From a virus (taxonomy: Duplodnaviria > Caudoviricetes): a stretch of 49,575 bases of DNA. Below are positions 44,666-49,575 of this stretch, one piece after another. The stretch is taken from the IMG/VR virus record IMGVR_UViG_3300048855_000175, positions 1 through 49,575 of that record. One strand, 5' to 3'. The notes under the pieces were generated by a model. It had not been told where the DNA came from, did no database searches, and saw only the letters and a list, made by a program, of their open reading frames with translations. The translations under genes were made by a program, and so were the position numbers. Within the stretch, counting starts at the first letter, position 1. Each line of letters opens with the position of its first letter.

Positions 44666-44974
44666 TCACTCCGCGGCGGCGACTCCCCTCACCGTATCGG
44701 ACCCGGCCGGCGGAATGAACATCAGGCTGACGTTCGGGCTCCGGCACTCGGGGCACCGCAGGCGGCTTGCCAGAAGGTCCATCGGAAAGGCGCCACCTCG
44801 TGTGCAGACGAGGGTGAGGATCTCAAGCTCGCAGTTGAACATGCAGACGCGGATCGACTTCATCCCGCGGCGCTTGCCCTGAGCGCATCGCATGACGGCC
44901 CGCCATCGGTGCTTCAAGGCATAGTCCAGCGTCTGCTCGTAGGGGACCCCGCCGTATCCGCCACCGACGCTCAT
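44666..44974 (-). CDS. Zn-ribbon hypothetical protein
   Basis: C...C...LRCPECRS; cotranscribed with SRAP. Confidence 0.7.
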   Translation of the reverse strand: MSVGGGYGGVPYEQTLDYALKHRWRAVMRCAQGKRRGMKSIRVCMFNCELEILTLVCTRGGAFPMDLLASRLRCPECRSPNVSLMFIPPAGSDTVRGVAAAE

Positions 44975-45165
44975 TCGGTGGTGGCAGGTTCCGGCACGCG
45001 CCGCACATAGCCGGCCGAGATCTGGCGCTCCAGGCGGTCGACTTCGATTTGGAGGAAGTCGTTCTCGGCGACGATGGCCCAGAGGGCTTTCCGCTCGCCG
45101 CCGTGCTGGGCGATCAGCTCGTCGACGGCGTCGTCATAGGGGTCGGGTGATTGCTGCGCTGACAT
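44971..45165 (-). CDS. Small hypothetical protein
   Basis: GGAGG RBS; ISAGYVR motif. Confidence 0.7.
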   Translation of the reverse strand: MSAQQSPDPYDDAVDELIAQHGGERKALWAIVAENDFLQIEVDRLERQISAGYVRRVPEPATTE

Positions 45166-45180
45166 GCTCGCCTCCAGAAT

Positions 45181-45195
45181 GTTCTCATTTTGTTC
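45181..45195. promoter_or_regulatory. Alphaproteobacterial LexA (SOS) box
   Basis: GTTC-TCATTTT-GTTC upstream of the SRAP operon. Confidence 0.85.
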
Positions 45196-45296
45196 TCGAC
45201 CGCAGGCGAGTCAAGGCGGCTGTGGAAAGTGCGGGGATAGTCAGGTTGTCAGAGGGGCGGCTCTTCCTATCTTGGTCGCGCGAGTGCAAGAGCGCA

Positions 45297-45619
45297 TCAA
45301 CCTCGGCTCTGCCATTTAGCCCTTGTCTCCTCTGACATCTCGTCGAGCCAGTGCCTCGGCTTCGGAACATCGACACGCGTCCCGCCGAACGCGGCGACAA
45401 ATGCGTCCGCCGCCTCCGGCGTGTCGAAGCACCAGGTTGAAATGTCTGGCGGACGCTTGCGCGCTCCAGCGACTCCGCTGTGGCAGAAGCGCGGTCGCGG
45501 ATGAATGCGTGCATGTCGAGGAGCCGATGCCCAAAACCATTGGCCGGGATCGGCACGTCCACCTGATAGGGAAAGTTGATGTCGATTACCCGAAGCTCCC
45601 CCCGCGTCGGCCCTGGCAC
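45297..45619 (-). pseudogene. Frameshifted SOS-regulated hypothetical gene
   Basis: GAGGAGG plus GTG; N-half ...FPYQV...MHAF; C-half ...WCFDTPEAADAFVAAFGG in another frame; shift near 45490. Confidence 0.6.
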
Positions 45620-45641
45620 TGCGGCCTCCTCTTGCAAGTTT

Positions 45642-45656
45642 GTTCCTAGTTTGTTC
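45642..45656. promoter_or_regulatory. Alphaproteobacterial LexA (SOS) box
   Basis: GTTC-CTAGTTT-GTTC between divergent genes. Confidence 0.85.
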
Positions 45657-45732
45657 TGAATCGTGCGAGAGTCAATCGGATGGGGGCGAGTCGGAAATGG
45701 ATTGGCCATCTCCGCTTAGCGAGAGGGGCGTT

Positions 45733-46545
45733 ATGCCCGAGCGCTTCAGATCTAACGGACGCTATGCCGACGCGAGGCAGTGGACAGCGGCGGAGGATAA
45801 AATCCTCGGCACCAAGATCGATCGAGAGATTGCCGACCTGCTCGGACGGACTCGCTCGACGGTCAGGATTCGACGACAGAAGCTAGGTATCGCCGGGGCG
45901 AAAGGCAAAGTGCCAAACGCTTATAGCGATGCGGAAGTCACTGCGATCGACGACGAAACCCTAACGAACACTGAAGTGGCCCGATTGATTAACCGCACCC
46001 GTTACTCGGTCACCACCGCCCGAAAGACGCGGGGACTCAAAGCCGCGCCCTCAACCATGTACTTCCAGCTTGAACAAAAGGCGGCCGTCTTCACGGCCAT
46101 CCGCCAGGGATTGACGCTCGAGAAGCTGCAAAAAGACAAGGTCGTCAGTGGCTCGACGGTACGGAGGTGGCTAAAGCAGGAGCCCCGCCTACAGCAAATT
46201 TTCCATCCGCTGATCGAGAAGAACGCCGTTCGCGTCAGAAGCGAGGCTTCGCGCCTTCGCTGGAGAAGACCCATCGACCACAGCCGTATCCTCGGCGCGG
46301 TTACCGACGCCACCCGCTCGCTCCCTCCATCTTTCCGTGACGAGGTAGCGAACGCCATGACCATCGCGATGATGGAGGGAGAGTTCCCACCGGAGCGCGC
46401 CCGAGCCATGGTCGACGAGTTTCGCAAACGGCATTTCCGTATGTTCGGCAACTACGGGCCGCGGTCTCTGGATGCGCAGATCGGCCACGGAGAAGGCAGC
46501 TTCACGCTGCTCGACACCCTCGACTCCGAGACTTTCCATTTCTGA
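45733..46545 (+). CDS. Multi-HTH DNA-binding protein
   Basis: Two Myb/HTH-like repeats (WTAAED...EIADLLGRT; YSDAE...EVARLINRT); C-terminal SLDAQIG...TLLDTL. Confidence 0.65.
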   Translation: MPERFRSNGRYADARQWTAAEDKILGTKIDREIADLLGRTRSTVRIRRQKLGIAGAKGKVPNAYSDAEVTAIDDETLTNTEVARLINRTRYSVTTARKTRGLKAAPSTMYFQLEQKAAVFTAIRQGLTLEKLQKDKVVSGSTVRRWLKQEPRLQQIFHPLIEKNAVRVRSEASRLRWRRPIDHSRILGAVTDATRSLPPSFRDEVANAMTIAMMEGEFPPERARAMVDEFRKRHFRMFGNYGPRSLDAQIGHGEGSFTLLDTLDSETFHF

Positions 46546-46575
46546 CTGATTGCCACCTTGGATGGGCAAATTGCG

Positions 46576-46607
46576 AGGCCGCGCGGGCAACCGTCGCGGC
46601 CTTTTCT
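46576..46607 (+). terminator. Intrinsic terminator-like hairpin
   Basis: AGGCCGCG-CGG-GCAA-CCG-T-CGCGGCCT-TTTC. Confidence 0.6.
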
Positions 46608-46772
46608 GTACGCCTCCCGGCCAAGCCGGCGGGCGCTACTTGGGCGCGCAAACGCCCTTTCACTGCGGGCCTTTCTTGGCAGGCGGACCCGCACACCTGA
46701 ACATGGGGTTTCAGGCGACCCGTCAGGCGCTTTCGCGCGCCCCCACCGTCGCCGTGGAGCCGTGCATCCCCG

Positions 46773-47582
46773 ATGAACGAACATGGTTACCGGAGCGTAA
46801 ATCCGTGCCTTCCACCGGCCGCCTACATCGGCGGCAAGAAGCAGTTGGCCCGTCGCATCGTCGCCGCGATCGAGGCCATTCCACATGACACCTATGCCGA
46901 GCCTTTCGTCGGCATGGGCGGGGTGTTCCTGCGGCGCCGCGCTGCGCCCAAGGCCGAGGTCATCAACGACCTCTCCGGCGACGTCACCAACCTCTTCCGC
47001 ATCCTGCAACGCCACTACGAGGCGTTCCTCGACACGCTACGGTTCCGCCTAACGTCGCGCACCGACTTCGAGCGGCTGATGGCGACGCCAGCGGCGTCCC
47101 TGACCGACCTGGAGCGCGCCGGCCGGTTCCTCTACCTCCAGCGCCTCAGCTTCGGCGGCAAGGTCAACGGGCGCACCTTCGGCGTCTCACCGGGGCTGCC
47201 GGGCCGCTTCGACGTGACGAAGCTGGAACCGATGCTCGCCGATATCGCCGAGCGCCTGGCTGGCGTCATCATCGAGAACCTGCCGTATGCGGACTTCATC
47301 CGCCGGTACGACCGGGCAGGGACCCTGTTCTACCTCGACCCTCCTTATTTCGGCAGCGAGCGCGACTACGGGCCGGGCATGTTCGGCCGGCAGGACTTCG
47401 AGCAGCTCGCCGAGATCCTCGGCGCCATCGGCGGCCGGTTCATCCTGACGGTCAACGACGTGCCGGCGATGCGAGAGGTGTTCGGCCGGTTCGCGATCGA
47501 GGAGGCCAATGTCACCTATACCGTCGGCAAGGGAGCGGCGACGGCGGCGCGGGAGATCATTGTCAGGGGAACGTGGGGCTAG
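46773..47582 (+). CDS. DNA adenine methyltransferase (D12/Dam class)
   Basis: YIGGK, EPFVGMGGV, INDL, YLDPPY. Confidence 0.92.
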   Translation: MNEHGYRSVNPCLPPAAYIGGKKQLARRIVAAIEAIPHDTYAEPFVGMGGVFLRRRAAPKAEVINDLSGDVTNLFRILQRHYEAFLDTLRFRLTSRTDFERLMATPAASLTDLERAGRFLYLQRLSFGGKVNGRTFGVSPGLPGRFDVTKLEPMLADIAERLAGVIIENLPYADFIRRYDRAGTLFYLDPPYFGSERDYGPGMFGRQDFEQLAEILGAIGGRFILTVNDVPAMREVFGRFAIEEANVTYTVGKGAATAAREIIVRGTWG

Positions 47583-47608
47583 GCCTCGGTCGGACCTACC
47601 ACAAGCGA

Positions 47609-48022
47609 TTATTCGTGGCGCTCGGCTCCGCCGGCCTTTTCAGCTTCAACTGCGTTGTAATATTCGTAGAGATTGATCAGCGCGTTGATCGCCTCGTCTG
47701 TTGATTCCGTATCTAGTTTGGAAAGAACAGTCCCTGCATTAAACAGCGATATAGCCATGTCCTGGAACATCTTCTGGTGCTCCTCACGTGAGAGTTGTGG
47801 CCTTTCGTTCGCCACCGTGGCACGGATATGTTCGGTCACGACCGCTACCATTGGCTTGAGCTCGCGATGGAACACTATTCCGATCTGGCAAAGACGCCGA
47901 ATGGCCTCACCCCGCGACCGAATCCGTGCGGCGAACATCCAATCGTCGATCGCCTTAACCTCGGATTGGGACATTAGCAGAGGGACCCTCTGGTCCTTCA
48001 ATTCCGCGCCTTCATCGGTCAT
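47609..48022 (-). CDS. Ribbon-helix-helix regulator
   Basis: RVPLLMS...AIDDW...SRGEAIRRL. Confidence 0.75.
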   Translation of the reverse strand: MTDEGAELKDQRVPLLMSQSEVKAIDDWMFAARIRSRGEAIRRLCQIGIVFHRELKPMVAVVTEHIRATVANERPQLSREEHQKMFQDMAISLFNAGTVLSKLDTESTDEAINALINLYEYYNAVEAEKAGGAERHE

Positions 48023-48119
48023 CTATGAGCATCCTGTGTATAATGCGCAGGGCGGCTTGCGGCCGACCAACTTTTCGATAATCATACAGAACATGGGTAG
48101 GTTGCATAGGGGTAAGGCG

Positions 48120-48314
48120 ATGCCGACGAGGAACACCGACGCGCTAGACCGGCTCAATGTGCTGCAAACGCGGCTCGCGATGACGCTGATGGTGATTGAC
48201 GCCGTCCTCGACGGTCCGAGCCAGGCGAGCGCACACAACTACATTACGCTGATGGTGCGGGACGCCGCCAAAACGGCGGCGGACATCGAAGTAAAGCTCT
48301 CCGCAGCCGCCTGA
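48120..48314 (+). CDS. Small hypothetical protein (MPTRNTDA...)
   Basis: Divergent from the RHH gene; TAAGG RBS. Confidence 0.5.
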   Translation: MPTRNTDALDRLNVLQTRLAMTLMVIDAVLDGPSQASAHNYITLMVRDAAKTAADIEVKLSAAA

Positions 48315-48315
48315 A

Positions 48316-49575
48316 CTAAGCCACCTTCAGCCCGCGCCGCCGACCCTCCAACAGGCTCGCCGCCGCCGGCCGACCTTCCATGATGAGATCCGCCCATAGC
48401 TGGGCGAGCTCCCGCCGGCGCTCCAGATATGCCGCGCGGTTGTAGGCGCCCTCGACCTTGTCCTTCGGGGTGTGCGCCAGCATCAGGTCGATCACCGCCC
48501 GGTCGGCCGGGAACCTCTCGTTCATCACCGTCGAGAAGGTCGAGCGCCAGCCGTGCGGGACATGCCGGTGGTGGTAGCCGGCGCGATTGAGCAGGTAGCC
48601 GAGGGCGTTCTCGCTCATCGGCTTGTGCGCGTGCCGCGTGTTCGGGAAGACAAGGGGACCGGCGCCGGTCAAGGTCCGCAGCGCCCGGATGGTCTCCAGC
48701 GCCTGCATCGACAGCGGCACGAGATGGTCGCGCGCCTCGTCATCCTTCAGGTGCAGCAGCAGCTTCATGCGCTCGGCCGGGATCTGCCAGACCGGCGCCT
48801 CCGCATCGAGGCTCGCGAAGTCGCTCCACGGCGTCGTTGCCAGCGTGCCGGGGCGCACCGCCGTCAAGGCGATGAACCTCATGGCCAGACGGGTGACGGG
48901 ATGCGAGGGCGTCGCCTCGACCTTCGCGAGGATCTCGCGCGCCTTGTCCAGATCGGTGATGGCCGGTTGCCGGCCCCGCTTGATCGGGGCCATGGCGCCG
49001 GCGACGACGGCGGCGGGGTCGGTCTCGCCCCGGCCACTGGCGATGGCGTAGACGAACACCGCCGAGATGCGCTGCCGGACGCGACGGGCGATGTCCTTTG
49101 CCTGCCGCCCCTCGATGTCGCGGAGCACCTTCAGCACCTCGGGTGCCGTGATCTGGCGGATGGGGTGCCGGCCGATCGCCGGGAAGACGTCCCGCTCCAG
49201 GCTGCGCATGACGTCGTGCGCGTGCTGCGGAACCCATGTCGACGTCTGCAGGGCGTGCCACTCGCGGGCGAGTGCCTCGAAGGTGTCGGCGTTCATCGCC
49301 GCGGTCACGAGCCGCCGCTGCTTCTTGACCAGCGTCGGGTCGCGACCCTCGCGGAGATCCACGCGAGCGGCATCGCGGGCGGAGCGCGCCTCGGCGAGGC
49401 CGACGGTAGGGTAGGGGCCGATCGACAGGAGCTTCTCGGCGCCGTCGATCTTGTAGCGGTAGCGCCAGAGCTTCCCGCCTGCCGGAGACACATAGAGGTG
49501 CAGGCCTTCGCCGTCGGCGAGCTTGTAGGCCTTCTCGGCCGGCTTCGCCTTCCTGATCTGGGTGTCCGTCAGCAT
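48316..49575 (-). CDS. int: P4-like tyrosine integrase
   Basis: MLTDTQIRKAKP...GLHLYV arm-binding domain; catalytic R (AVRPG), HGWR, LAH, Y (GAYNRA). Confidence 0.96.
   Translation of the reverse strand: MLTDTQIRKAKPAEKAYKLADGEGLHLYVSPAGGKLWRYRYKIDGAEKLLSIGPYPTVGLAEARSARDAARVDLREGRDPTLVKKQRRLVTAAMNADTFEALAREWHALQTSTWVPQHAHDVMRSLERDVFPAIGRHPIRQITAPEVLKVLRDIEGRQAKDIARRVRQRISAVFVYAIASGRGETDPAAVVAGAMAPIKRGRQPAITDLDKAREILAKVEATPSHPVTRLAMRFIALTAVRPGTLATTPWSDFASLDAEAPVWQIPAERMKLLLHLKDDEARDHLVPLSMQALETIRALRTLTGAGPLVFPNTRHAHKPMSENALGYLLNRAGYHHRHVPHGWRSTFSTVMNERFPADRAVIDLMLAHTPKDKVEGAYNRAAYLERRRELAQLWADLIMEGRPAAASLLEGRRRGLKVA

Larger units (their letters stand above)
1..49575. mobile_element. Lambda-like (siphovirus) prophage, probably nearly complete
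   Basis: Contains repressor/cro, replication, terminase, portal, capsid, tail, lysis and integrase modules in canonical order. Confidence 0.97.

Noticed and set aside
1-49575. CRISPR array, DGR/retron, IS element, invertase
   Set aside because: No repeat-spacer array, reverse transcriptase, transposase or serine recombinase motifs seen

Overview
The whole window is an apparently near-complete, GC-rich, lambda-like siphoviral prophage. Its host is probably an alphaproteobacterium (Rhizobiales-like), judged from alpha-type LexA boxes, sigmaEcfG-like promoters, DUF6894/DUF3606 genes and RcGTA-like head spikes. Gene order: leftward early operon (1-4058); cI/cro switch with operator-like repeats; rightward early and replication genes (LexA-like DBD, ParB, initiator, SF2 helicase, primase); NusG-paralog antiterminator; morons; terminase, head and tail genes with a -1 frameshifted tail chaperone; more morons; head-spike genes; GH19 lysis cassette; STAND-like ATPase; stress and SOS module (ligase, SRAP, LexA boxes); Dam-like MTase; P4-type integrase. 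No att sites are visible, since the window is clipped at gene ends. The standout is a circularly permuted tRNA-Asn(GUU)-like gene at 10395-10473. Its 3' half with CCA comes first, then ATG, then the 5' half, and it is split in the anticodon loop. It lies directly between the NusG paralog and an intrinsic terminator at the early/late boundary. All calls come from reading motifs and synteny by eye, with no database searches.
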